Shown: positions 29,699 through 39,218 of the stretch, piece by piece | Position numbering within the stretch: the first letter of the stretch is position 1 | How the letters are laid out: each line of letters opens with the position of its first letter | From: Bacteroidota bacterium | GTDB taxonomy: Bacteria; Bacteroidota; Bacteroidia; JABEUT01 | NCBI GenBank assembly: GCA_013285805.1 | Contig: JABDGY010000005.1 | Location: 1 to 58,273 of the forward strand | Length of the DNA stretch: 58,273 nucleotides | Direction: 5' to 3' | Translations under genes and position numbers: made by a program | The notes under the pieces: model-generated | The model's database searches: none | What the model saw: the letters and a program-made list of their open reading frames with translations, nothing else | What the model was told of the DNA's origin: nothing

Positions 29699-32600
29699 AT
29701 GAAAAGAATTATTGTTCTATTCTTGTTGTTGCCAACACTATCTCTATTTGCACAAACCTATACTGTCAATACATTAGTCGGCTATTTTGACGGCAATGGC
29801 CATCCGGCTGATTCCATCGCAGTGTTTACACCAGGAGGGCTTGCCTTCGATTCTACAGGTGCCTTATATATTAGTGATGGAGGGAATTATATGGTTAGAA
29901 AGATAGACACCAAAGGTAATATCTCTATCATAGCAGGTACTGCAATACATGGGAACCATGGCGATGGAGGGCCTGCTACAAAAGCCTTGCTTGGTAACAT
30001 TGCAGGGATAAACTTCAGTAAGTCTGGTAATCTTTATATAACAGACGCGGAACACAGGTGTATCAGAATGGTTGATAAAAGTGGCATTATCAGTACAATT
30101 GCAGGTAATGGCACAGCTGGCTGCACCGGCGATGGGGGCTCCGCCAAATTAGCTGAATTTAATGACCCTCTGAATATAGTCACAGATAAGTCCGGAAATA
30201 TTTACGTTGCCGATGCCGGAAGTAATGAAATACGTAAAATAAACGCTTCAGGAATAATCTCTACAATAGCAGGGAATTGCAGTTTTGCAGGCTCTTATAC
30301 AGGTGATGGTGGGCCAGCAACTGCAGCATTATTGTCTTCCCCTACAACCATTGTGCTGGATATCTATGGTAATTTATTTATTGCCGACCAGAGTGGGGCA
30401 TGCATCCGCAAAATTGATACAACCGGTATTATTAAAACCATAGCAGGAACTGGTGTTGGAGGATATTCAGGTGATGGCGGCCCTGCTAAATCTGCTCAGT
30501 TGGATTTAACACAAGGAATTGGAATAGATTCTGCAGGAAATATTTACTTAGCTGATGCAGGAAATAACCGTATACGTAAGGTAAATGTTTCAGGAACAAT
30601 AACTACGATAGCAGGAAATGGAACTGCTGGTTTTACGGGCGATGGAGGATCAGCGAGTTCGGCAGAATTCAATGAACCTGCTGCTCTCGCAATTGCAAGT
30701 AACGGAAACATTTACATTGGCGATTATCTTAATCATAGGGTACGCATGATTAATAAAGCAGGTATTATAAATACAGTTGCCGGCAGTGGTAATCGTTCTT
30801 CCTATGGTGATGGAGGGCCGGCCCTTGATGCAGAACTTAGCGGACCTGGAGAAATAAGGCTGGATAATTACGGGAACGTTTATATAACAGATGGCCACAA
30901 TAATGCAGTCAGGAAGGCAGAAAAAAGCACAGGTATTATCACAACAGTGGCAGGTGCAAATAATGGAGATATTTTTGGATATAATGGAGATGGTATTTTG
31001 GCTACCGCCGCATGGCTAAACCAGCCCGGCTATATTTATGTCGACAATGCCGGCGATATCTATATATCAGACGGCAACAACAAACGTGTTCGCATGGTTA
31101 ATCCTTCGGGCATAATAAGTACAGTTGCGGGTAATGGTACAACAGGTTACTCGGGCGACGGAGGGCCTGCTACAGCTGCTGAGTTAGCTGGTCCGGACGG
31201 AGTAGTTAAGGATAAGCATGGTAACTTATATATAAGTGATGCGCCAAACTATCGTGTACGTAAGGTTGACGTAAGTGGTAAAATAACCACATTTGCCGGA
31301 AATGGAACCTTCGGCTATTCCGGCGACGGAGGGCCGGCGACGGCTGCAGAATGCACTCCCACCAATCTTTTGCTTGATAAAAATGGTGATTTAATAATCA
31401 GTGACCTTCTTAATCGCCGTATCCGTAAAGTGGACACAACTGGTAAGATTACAACTATAGCAGGAACAGGAACTCTTGGTTATTCGGGAGATGGGGGGCC
31501 CGCGACGGCTGCTGAAATAAGTGGCGCCACGGGAATGATTGTTGACACGGCGGGTAATATTTACTTTAATGACTATGTAAACCTGAGATTAAGAAAAATA
31601 AGCACTTTGGGAATAATAAGTACTATTGCAGGAAACGGCAGCCCCGGATATGGGAGTACTTCAGGCCCCGCAACCGCTGCACAATTTGATTTAAACTCAG
31701 GGCTGGCGTTAGATTCTACGGGTGTATTTTATGTAGCCGATGCTTATGATAATGATATCCGCAGGTTGTGCCCCGACCCTGCCTCCCCGGGCACCATAAC
31801 AGGTAACAAAACCGTGTGCCCCGGTAGTATACAAACTTACAGTATTAATAAAGTGACTAACGCTTATTCTTACACATGGTCATTACCGGCCGGATGGACA
31901 GGCACATCAACTGATACGTCAATCACTGTAACTGTAGGCTCTTCAGGTGGCAAAATAAGTGTTGTTTCTAATGGAATATGTAGTAGCAGCACTACTTCCT
32001 CTACGCTGACAATTACCGTTAAAACTTACGTTATTACAGTTAACCCTTCTTCAATTAACATATGTTCAGGTAGCCAAACCACATTAAATGCCCGCGGTGC
32101 TTTAACATACAGCTGGGCCCCGGCAGCCGGCTTAAGTAATACAGCGGACTCTGTCGTTACGGCAAGTCCGGCAATCAATACAACATATACCGTAACAGGC
32201 ACATTTAGTAATGGTTGTGTAAGTAGCGATACGATTAGTATTAATGTCTATCCTGTTAATGGCTTCGACCTTACCGGCAATCTTTATATATGTATTGATA
32301 CACCCAGCTTCTCTAATGCTTCTATAAGTGCATGTATTTTCAATAACCGATGTTTGCCCACCAAGGGAACGTTGAAACTTGTTGTTGATACAGCGTTTCA
32401 TATTAGCCACATAATCTCCGACAGTACGGCCATAACTAATGGTGATACCCTTATATGGCATTATGATAGCCTTTCAGATGCAGGGAACTCGCATAATGTA
32501 TCTTTGTCTGGAAATGTGGATTCACTTGGGGTTAATGACAGTGTATTTGTAACAGAAATAATAACACCCATAGCCGGAGACAGTGTTCCGTCAAACAATA

Positions 32601-33325
32601 GCGTTACGTATTGGGTAAAACTTTTCCCGCATAATTGCGTCGGGCTACCCTTTGACCCTAACACAAAAAGTGTGCTGCCCGCAGGTAATATAACCGATAC
32701 GACATTATTGCATTACACCATTCATTTTCAGAATACCGGTACCGCAATATGCAAAAACGTGATAGTATTAGATACCCTAAGCCAGTACCTTGACCCCACC
32801 ACACTCACGATAACTTCAAGCAGTAGCACCGTTGCTGTTACTATTCTGGCAGGACATATTGCAAAGTTTGAATTTGATAATATTGATTTGCCAGATACTA
32901 CAATGAGCAAAACAACCAGTATTGGTGTTGTAAAATTTAATATTCTTCCTCTAAGTAGTGATATAGCAGGAAGCGTGATAAAAAATAAGGCGGGCATCTA
33001 TTTTGATGGCAATCCAGTAGTGACGACCAACTCTACAATTAATATTATTTCATCGATTATTACATCTATAGGTAATATTACACCGCCTTTAAAAATAGCT
33101 TGCTTTCCCAATCCATTCATAACAAATACAAGCATAGTATTTAATTCAAATGGAGCGCATTATTTGGATTTATACGACATTACGGGCCGGAAATTGGAGC
33201 ATATAGAATGCACTGGCTCACAATACGAACTGAAACGAAATGATATAGCTGCCGGTGTCTATTTCATTAAAGCATACGATACAACCAATAAGAATATTGC
33301 GGTAAGCAAACTAATAGTTCAATAA
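29699..33325 (+). CDS. Large NHL-repeat (teneurin-like) surface protein with Ig/PKD-like domains and T9SS type A CTD
   Basis: About 11-12 repeats of ~56 aa (G.SGDGGPATAA...GN.YI.D..N.RIRK), an FDPN.K...YTIHFQNTG..A.IYFD domain and C-terminal FPNPF...YDITGR...GVYF..KLIVQ. Confidence 0.85.
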   Translation: MKRIIVLFLLLPTLSLFAQTYTVNTLVGYFDGNGHPADSIAVFTPGGLAFDSTGALYISDGGNYMVRKIDTKGNISIIAGTAIHGNHGDGGPATKALLGNIAGINFSKSGNLYITDAEHRCIRMVDKSGIISTIAGNGTAGCTGDGGSAKLAEFNDPLNIVTDKSGNIYVADAGSNEIRKINASGIISTIAGNCSFAGSYTGDGGPATAALLSSPTTIVLDIYGNLFIADQSGACIRKIDTTGIIKTIAGTGVGGYSGDGGPAKSAQLDLTQGIGIDSAGNIYLADAGNNRIRKVNVSGTITTIAGNGTAGFTGDGGSASSAEFNEPAALAIASNGNIYIGDYLNHRVRMINKAGIINTVAGSGNRSSYGDGGPALDAELSGPGEIRLDNYGNVYITDGHNNAVRKAEKSTGIITTVAGANNGDIFGYNGDGILATAAWLNQPGYIYVDNAGDIYISDGNNKRVRMVNPSGIISTVAGNGTTGYSGDGGPATAAELAGPDGVVKDKHGNLYISDAPNYRVRKVDVSGKITTFAGNGTFGYSGDGGPATAAECTPTNLLLDKNGDLIISDLLNRRIRKVDTTGKITTIAGTGTLGYSGDGGPATAAEISGATGMIVDTAGNIYFNDYVNLRLRKISTLGIISTIAGNGSPGYGSTSGPATAAQFDLNSGLALDSTGVFYVADAYDNDIRRLCPDPASPGTITGNKTVCPGSIQTYSINKVTNAYSYTWSLPAGWTGTSTDTSITVTVGSSGGKISVVSNGICSSSTTSSTLTITVKTYVITVNPSSINICSGSQTTLNARGALTYSWAPAAGLSNTADSVVTASPAINTTYTVTGTFSNGCVSSDTISINVYPVNGFDLTGNLYICIDTPSFSNASISACIFNNRCLPTKGTLKLVVDTAFHISHIISDSTAITNGDTLIWHYDSLSDAGNSHNVSLSGNVDSLGVNDSVFVTEIITPIAGDSVPSNNSVTYWVKLFPHNCVGLPFDPNTKSVLPAGNITDTTLLHYTIHFQNTGTAICKNVIVLDTLSQYLDPTTLTITSSSSTVAVTILAGHIAKFEFDNIDLPDTTMSKTTSIGVVKFNILPLSSDIAGSVIKNKAGIYFDGNPVVTTNSTINIISSIITSIGNITPPLKIACFPNPFITNTSIVFNSNGAHYLDLYDITGRKLEHIECTGSQYELKRNDIAAGVYFIKAYDTTNKNIAVSKLIVQ

Positions 33326-33390
33326 AATTACTGCACCATAGACAAATACAGCGTAGCAAAAAACATGATACATTCATATAGAAAGTGGTG

Positions 33391-33518
33391 CTAAAATCCT
33401 TCGCATTACTTCTGCCGTATAAGTCGTATCTTTGGGTATATGAATTTTGAATTAGAATCAGATTTTGAGCCCACGGGCGACCAGCCACAGGCCATAGAAC
33501 ATTTGGTAAATGGCATTA
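33391..33518 (+). repeat. Direct repeat B, copy 2 (functional uvrB promoter and 5' end)
   Basis: CTAAAATCCTTCGCATTACTTCT...GTCGTATCTTTGGGTATATGAATTTTGAATTAGAATCAGA...; TATCTTTG at 33427-33434. Confidence 0.92.
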
Positions 33519-35473
33519 AATCGGGTAACAAAAACCAGATTTTACTTGGCGTTACCGGTTCGGGTAAAACATTCAGCATTGCCAATGTAATTGCCCAGGT
33601 GCAGCGCCCTACGCTGGTTTTCAGCCATAACAAAACCCTGGCGGCCCAGTTATTCGGGGAGTTCAAGCAGTTTTTCCCGAGAAATTCGGTTGAGTATTTT
33701 GTATCCTATTACGATTACTACCAACCCGAGGCATACCTGCCAACAACCGATACTTATATTGAAAAGGACCTTTCCATAAATGATGAACTGGAGAAACTGC
33801 GCCTCAGTGCTACCTCTGCCCTGCTCTCGGGTAGGCGCGATATTATTGTGGTTTCATCGGTATCGTGCATATATGGTATTGGTAACCCGGTTGAATTTGA
33901 AAAGAATGTAATACCCCTGCAAAAGGGAATGAAGATAAGCCGCAATAAGCTGCTTAATATGCTGGTTACTTCCCTCTATTCCCGCACGGAGAGTGATTTT
34001 CTCAGGGGTAATTTCAGGGTAAAAGGCGATACCATAGATATCTATCTTGCCTATGCTGATTACGCCATTCGTGTGCAGTTTTTTGGCAACGAGATTGAAT
34101 CAATGGAAAGCTTTGAAGCCTCTACAGGCAGGAAAATAGAAAACGTAGAAGCGATACGGATTTATCCTGCAAACATATTTGTCACTTCACCCGATACGCT
34201 TAGTAAATCTATTGAGCAGATACAAAAAGACTTAGCTTCACATGTGGCCTATATGGAAAGTGTAGGCAAGGAAGAAGAAGCTAACCGCCTGCAAAAGCGC
34301 GTGAACTATGACCTGGAGATGATGCGCGAATTAGGTTACTGTTCGGGCATTGAGAACTATTCCCGCTATTTCGATGGCCGCCCGCCGGGTGCAAGGCCAT
34401 TCTGTTTGCTCGATTATTTTCCTAAAGATTACTTAATGGTAATTGACGAGAGCCACGTTACCATTCCGCAGATAAGAGGTATGTATGCAGGCGATCGTTC
34501 AAGAAAAGAGACATTGGTTGAGTATGGATTCCGCTTACCTTCTGCATTAGATAACAGGCCGTTGAAGTTCGATGAGTTCGAGGCCATGGAAAACCAGGTT
34601 ATTTACCTGAGTGCAACCCCATCGGACTTTGAATTACAGAAATGCGAAGGTGTGTTGGTAGAACAATTAATCCGCCCTACCGGCCTGCTTGACCCGATTA
34701 TAGAAGTGCGCCCTACCCTCAACCAGATTGATGATCTGCTGGAAGAAATACATAGGGTAACCGCGAAAGATGAACGTACTATTATAACCACGCTTACCAA
34801 GCGCATGGCGGAAGAGTTAACTAAATATTTAACTAAACTGGATATTCGCTGCCGTTACATACACTCTGAAGTTGAGACATTGGAAAGGGTTGAAATACTG
34901 CGTGACTTACGTCTTGGCTTATTTGATGTGCTTATTGGCGTGAACCTTTTAAGAGAAGGTATTGACTTACCCGAAGTATCATTATTAGCTATACTTGATG
35001 CAGATAAAGAAGGCTACCTGCGTTCGGAACGTTCACTTACGCAGATTATTGGGCGTGTGGCACGTAATGCCAACGGCAGGGTTATTATGTATGGCGATAA
35101 GGTAACGGTATCTATGCAGAAGACTATTGACGAGACATTGAGGAGAAGGAAGAAACAGATTGCCTATAACTTTGAGCACAATATCACTCCTGAAACCATC
35201 TATAAATCGAAGGAAGCGATTATAGAACAGACCAGTGTTATTGACTTAACGAGAGGAAGAAATACACCTAAAGTGTATATAGAAGCATCTGCTCCTACCA
35301 TAGCGGCAGAGCCGGTTGCAGGTTACTCTGATAATGCACTGGAAGAAAAGATAAAGAAGTTAAAGAAGGAAATAGAAAAAGCAGCTAAGGAATTGGATTT
35401 CCTTGAAGCTGCCCGGTTAAAAGACCAGCTTTTGTCATTGCAAAAGTCCCTCGACGATAGAAGAAAGAAATAA
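33440..35473 (+). CDS. uvrB: Excinuclease ABC subunit B
   Basis: PTGDQP, GVTGSGKT, YYDYYQPEAY, IDESHVT, GFRLPSA.DNRPL and a C-terminal UVR domain. Confidence 0.98.
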   Translation: MNFELESDFEPTGDQPQAIEHLVNGIKSGNKNQILLGVTGSGKTFSIANVIAQVQRPTLVFSHNKTLAAQLFGEFKQFFPRNSVEYFVSYYDYYQPEAYLPTTDTYIEKDLSINDELEKLRLSATSALLSGRRDIIVVSSVSCIYGIGNPVEFEKNVIPLQKGMKISRNKLLNMLVTSLYSRTESDFLRGNFRVKGDTIDIYLAYADYAIRVQFFGNEIESMESFEASTGRKIENVEAIRIYPANIFVTSPDTLSKSIEQIQKDLASHVAYMESVGKEEEANRLQKRVNYDLEMMRELGYCSGIENYSRYFDGRPPGARPFCLLDYFPKDYLMVIDESHVTIPQIRGMYAGDRSRKETLVEYGFRLPSALDNRPLKFDEFEAMENQVIYLSATPSDFELQKCEGVLVEQLIRPTGLLDPIIEVRPTLNQIDDLLEEIHRVTAKDERTIITTLTKRMAEELTKYLTKLDIRCRYIHSEVETLERVEILRDLRLGLFDVLIGVNLLREGIDLPEVSLLAILDADKEGYLRSERSLTQIIGRVARNANGRVIMYGDKVTVSMQKTIDETLRRRKKQIAYNFEHNITPETIYKSKEAIIEQTSVIDLTRGRNTPKVYIEASAPTIAAEPVAGYSDNALEEKIKKLKKEIEKAAKELDFLEAARLKDQLLSLQKSLDDRRKK

Positions 35474-35602
35474 GCCTGTTAGCTTAGTTCCACCTCGATT
35501 CGCCGCGAACATTTTCCCTGTGCGGGGCTGAAGGAGGAGGCGCAACTGACTTGCACGAAGCAAACGCCATTGACATAAGAATTACTCCCAACACAAACAG
35601 GC
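35474..35602. mobile_element. Possible MITE-like or structured element
   Basis: 129 bp bounded by GCCTGTT/AACAGGC, starting right after the uvrB TAA, with GC-rich internal hairpins. Confidence 0.35.
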
Positions 35603-35625
35603 AGATGTTTTTGTATGATTTCATA

Positions 35626-36303
35626 TTACACTTTTACTTTTTCTGTTTTCTGTGAAGCTGCTTTATGGTCAGCTAAGAATTTTTCAAGGCCAATATCGGT
35701 GAGCGGGTGTTTTAATAATGCCAGTATAGAACTTAACGGGCAGGTTGCCACATCGGCACCAACCTCGGCACATTGAATAATGTGAACAGGGTGACGGATA
35801 GAAGCGGCCAGAATCTGTGTGGTAAAGCCATAGTTATCGAATATCAGGCGGAGTTGGGCAATAAGTTCCATACCATCAACTGAAATATCATCCAACCTGC
35901 CAATAAAAGGCGATACGTATGTAGCTCCCGCTTTAGCAGCCAGTAATGCCTGCCCAGGCGAAAATATAAGCGTGCAATTAGTCTTTATTCCTTTTGATGA
36001 CAAATACTTAATGGCTTTAACACCATCCTTAATCATGGGCACCTTAACAACAATATGCTTATGGATTTTAACAAGTTCTTCGGCTTCTTTTATCATACCG
36101 TCAAAATCGGTAGAAATAACCTCAGCGCTTACATCACCATGCACAATCTCGCATATCTTTTTGTAATGGGCAAAAATGTTCTCTTTACCGGTAATGCCTT
36201 CTTTAGCCATTAACGAAGGGTTGGTTGTAACCCCATCAAGTATGCCCATATCATGGGCCTCTTTTATCTGCTCAATATTAGCTGTGTCTATGAAAAACTT
36301 CAT
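35626..36303 (-). CDS. tal: Transaldolase (MipB/TalC, FSA-like family)
   Basis: [38 protein letters not shown] and LAASIR. Glu and Phe at the diagnostic positions favour transaldolase over FSA. Confidence 0.9.
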   Translation of the reverse strand: MKFFIDTANIEQIKEAHDMGILDGVTTNPSLMAKEGITGKENIFAHYKKICEIVHGDVSAEVISTDFDGMIKEAEELVKIHKHIVVKVPMIKDGVKAIKYLSSKGIKTNCTLIFSPGQALLAAKAGATYVSPFIGRLDDISVDGMELIAQLRLIFDNYGFTTQILAASIRHPVHIIQCAEVGADVATCPLSSILALLKHPLTDIGLEKFLADHKAASQKTEKVKV

Positions 36304-36398
36304 GATTATTTTTTTTACTAAGCTACAAAGTTAAGATATTTTCAAATCTTTATCTAATCAATGCCTGTTTTTATTCCAATTTGATTGTGAATAACTTA

Positions 36399-37103
36399 CT
36401 ATATGGCGCTAATAGTATCGGCGCAGCCTATCGATGCAATACTAATTGAGGCAGGATTTGCCTTCAATAATTCTACAGCGCAGGCCTCAATGGTGGCCCC
36501 TGTGGTTATTATATCATCCACCAGCAAAACATGCTTATTTATCAACTCTTCAGGCTTGTCGACCTTAAATATACCCTCTACATTGGCCCAGCGCTCAATG
36601 CGCGATTTACGGGTCTGGGTATCAGTATTTTTTACCCTGGAAAGGGCTCCATGTAACACAGGCACGACCATACTTTGGGCTAATCCTTCGGCAAATAACG
36701 CACTCTGGTTATACCCTCTTTTCTTAAGTTTTGTGGGGTGCAAGGGTATATAAACTATAGCGTCAACCTTATTGAATAGCGGAGATTCTTTCAAATCATT
36801 CCCATACCATTTACCCAAATAGGTACCCAATTGCTTTTTGCCATTATATTTTAGCTCATGCACTAAATCCTGCACTGAATTGCCTTTCTGGTAATGGCAA
36901 TACGCTGCAACTGCATTTACCTCTACCCTGCCCCAAAATACTTTTGCCAGTGGGTTATCTGTATTAGTATGGTAATTAGTTTTAGGCAATTTATACATGC
37001 ACATGGTACAGACAAACTCTTCCTTTGAGTTTAAGCCTTCACCACAAACAAGGCAAACTTCCGGGTAAAATAAAGATATAAAGTCTCGCAGAAACCTAAT
37101 CAT
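36399..37103 (-). CDS. comF: ComF family phosphoribosyltransferase-like protein
   Basis: CxxC...CxxC, LKY.G, PLH......RGYNQS and LLVDDIITTGAT. Confidence 0.9.
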   Translation of the reverse strand: MIRFLRDFISLFYPEVCLVCGEGLNSKEEFVCTMCMYKLPKTNYHTNTDNPLAKVFWGRVEVNAVAAYCHYQKGNSVQDLVHELKYNGKKQLGTYLGKWYGNDLKESPLFNKVDAIVYIPLHPTKLKKRGYNQSALFAEGLAQSMVVPVLHGALSRVKNTDTQTRKSRIERWANVEGIFKVDKPEELINKHVLLVDDIITTGATIEACAVELLKANPASISIASIGCADTISAI

Positions 37104-37136
37104 TTGCTAAAATTAAAAAACTGTTTGTAATTCTCA

Positions 37137-37222
37137 GGGCTAAAGCCCACAAGTATCATGTTTTTGTAACCCCAGCCTTAAGGCTGGGGTTAATCAATAA
37201 ATATTTCCAATGGCTTCAGCCA
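37137..37222. repeat. REP-like three-hairpin element
   Basis: GGGCTAAAGCCC (37137-37148), perfect 26-bp palindrome TAACCCCAGCCTTAAGGCTGGGGTTA (37167-37192) and TGGCTTCAGCCA (37211-37222). Confidence 0.75.
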
Positions 37223-37242
37223 TGACAAATCTGCCTGGAAAC

Positions 37243-38013
37243 TTAAATTCCAAAAACCTCAACAGAGTTTTGGGTGGTTATCTCCGCAATTTTCTCTATG
37301 GGAAGATTATATACACCAGCAAGTTTTTCTGCCACATAATAAATATACGCACTCTCGTTACGCTTTCCCCTGAAAGGCATAGGGGTCAGGTACGGAGAAT
37401 CGGTTTCAAGGACTATATGCTGCAAGGGAATATTTGCAAGAACCTGTGGCAAGGTGCTGTTTTTATAGGTAACCACTCCACCAATGCCCATTTTAAAATC
37501 ACCAAGGGCCATTATCTTTTGTGCATCTTCCGGCGAACCTGAAAAACAATGAAATATCCCTTTGAGCTTTTCGTCTTTCAGCTCGGTTACTATTTCCATA
37601 ACCTCGTTAAACGAATTACGGCAATGAATAACAATCGGCAAATTCATTTCCTTCGCCCACTCTATCTGTTTGCGAAAAGCCAGTTTCTGCTGCTCTGCAA
37701 AGGTTACATCATGGTAAAGGTCAATACCGATTTCACCAATGGCATAAAACTTTCTTTTACCCAGCCACTCTTTCACAATATCTAGCTGCTTTTCATAATC
37801 GGCAAAAACCGAGCAGGGGTGCAGGCCCATCATAGGAAAGCATTTATCTGGAAAAGCATCACACATATTCAGCATGGGCTGAATGCTTTCTGAATCTATA
37901 TTGGGAAGAAAAAAACGAGTAACGCCCTTTTCAACAGCCCTGTTTATCATTTCAGGGCGGTCGGCATCAAATTCAGCGGCAAATAAATGAGTGTGCGTAT
38001 CGGTTAACTGCAT
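37243..38013 (-). CDS. tatD: TatD family DNase
   Basis: DTHTH, GLHP, IGEIGID, IHCR, FHCFSG and LETDSPYL.P.P.RG. Confidence 0.95.
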   Translation of the reverse strand: MQLTDTHTHLFAAEFDADRPEMINRAVEKGVTRFFLPNIDSESIQPMLNMCDAFPDKCFPMMGLHPCSVFADYEKQLDIVKEWLGKRKFYAIGEIGIDLYHDVTFAEQQKLAFRKQIEWAKEMNLPIVIHCRNSFNEVMEIVTELKDEKLKGIFHCFSGSPEDAQKIMALGDFKMGIGGVVTYKNSTLPQVLANIPLQHIVLETDSPYLTPMPFRGKRNESAYIYYVAEKLAGVYNLPIEKIAEITTQNSVEVFGI

Positions 38014-38014
38014 A

Positions 38015-39169
38015 TCACTTAGCCGATGCAGTTTGCTGTTCAGCCGCGAATATGGTTTTCAGTTTTTCTACTACAAAATCAACTTCCTCTTTGGTATTGT
38101 ATTTGCTGAACGAAAAACGGATTACAGGGCGAGATTCTATATTCTTGCCCAAGGCCTCTATTACGTGCGAACCCTTCATACTGCCCGATGTACAGGCGCT
38201 ACCTGCAGAACAGGCCACACCATTAATATCAAGCTTCATCAGGAACATTTCAGCATCGTCGGTTGGTGGCAGCATAACGTTAAGCACGGTATATAAGGAA
38301 CGGCCTTTAGCATCGCCGTTAAATTCAACACCCGGCAAATCCGATTCCAGCTTCTTAATCATATAATCCTTTATGCCTTGTATATGCTCCGCATGTTCTT
38401 TCATTTCTTTATGCGCAATTTCCATAGCCTTGCTGAGCCCGGCTATACCGGCAACATTCTCGGTGCCTCCGCGCATATTACGTTCCTGTGCACCACCAAA
38501 AATAAGGGGAGCTATCTTTAAGCCACCATTGATGTAAATAAACCCTACACCCTTAGGTCCATGAAATTTATGCGCAGCGCCGGCTATAAAATGGACCTTT
38601 GTCTTTTGCAGGTCTATAGGATAGTGTGCAACCGATTGTACCGTATCGCAATGAAATATGGCATTGTATTTGGCACATAATTCCGATACCTCTTCAATCG
38701 GCAACAGGTTACCGATTTCATTATTGGCATGCATTAACGATACAAGGGCATGCGGATATTCCTTCAACAGTCTTTCTAAATCCTGGATGTCGATATGGCC
38801 GTCTTTCTTCAATTTTACATGGTGAACCTTTACTTTGCCTGCTTTTTCAAGTTCTTCAATGCTATGAAGCACCGCATGGTGCTCTAACGGGCTGCTGATA
38901 ATGTTTTTTATATTGTAAGCCTCTACAGCAGAGCGTATTGCCATATTATCCGCCTCCGTTCCACCCGAAGTGAAAAATATTTCGGCCGGAGAAGCGTTAA
39001 GGTATGATGCCACAGCCTTGCGTGCCTTTTCAATGATTGCTTTAGCCTCGCGCCCATACGAGTGTATAGAGGAAGGATTACCGAACTTGCTATCCAGCAC
39101 GGCAATCATTTCTTTTACTACTTCGGGGTCCATGGGGGTGGTGGCAGCGTTGTCAAAATATACTTTCAT
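38015..39169 (-). CDS. iscS: Cysteine desulfurase (IscS/NifS group I)
   Basis: YFDNAATT, GNPSS.H, FTSGGTE, ANNEIG, AHKFHGPKG and SAGSACTS. Confidence 0.92.
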   Translation of the reverse strand: MKVYFDNAATTPMDPEVVKEMIAVLDSKFGNPSSIHSYGREAKAIIEKARKAVASYLNASPAEIFFTSGGTEADNMAIRSAVEAYNIKNIISSPLEHHAVLHSIEELEKAGKVKVHHVKLKKDGHIDIQDLERLLKEYPHALVSLMHANNEIGNLLPIEEVSELCAKYNAIFHCDTVQSVAHYPIDLQKTKVHFIAGAAHKFHGPKGVGFIYINGGLKIAPLIFGGAQERNMRGGTENVAGIAGLSKAMEIAHKEMKEHAEHIQGIKDYMIKKLESDLPGVEFNGDAKGRSLYTVLNVMLPPTDDAEMFLMKLDINGVACSAGSACTSGSMKGSHVIEALGKNIESRPVIRFSFSKYNTKEEVDFVVEKLKTIFAAEQQTASAK

Positions 39170-39218
39170 AGTGTCCGTTAAGTTTACTGCAATATCTTTG
39201 TATCCTTATAAAAGTCCG

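Noticed and set aside
29900-31760. DNA-level repeats (GGCGACGGAGGGCC-like) as a possible CRISPR or DGR
   Set aside because: They are in-frame NHL protein repeats with synonymous variation. No cas or reverse transcriptase genes are present.
38970-39218. Long N-terminal extension of the DUF5103 ORF
   Set aside because: It overlaps iscS antisense. The promoter at 39193-39200 and the signal peptide support ATG 39219.
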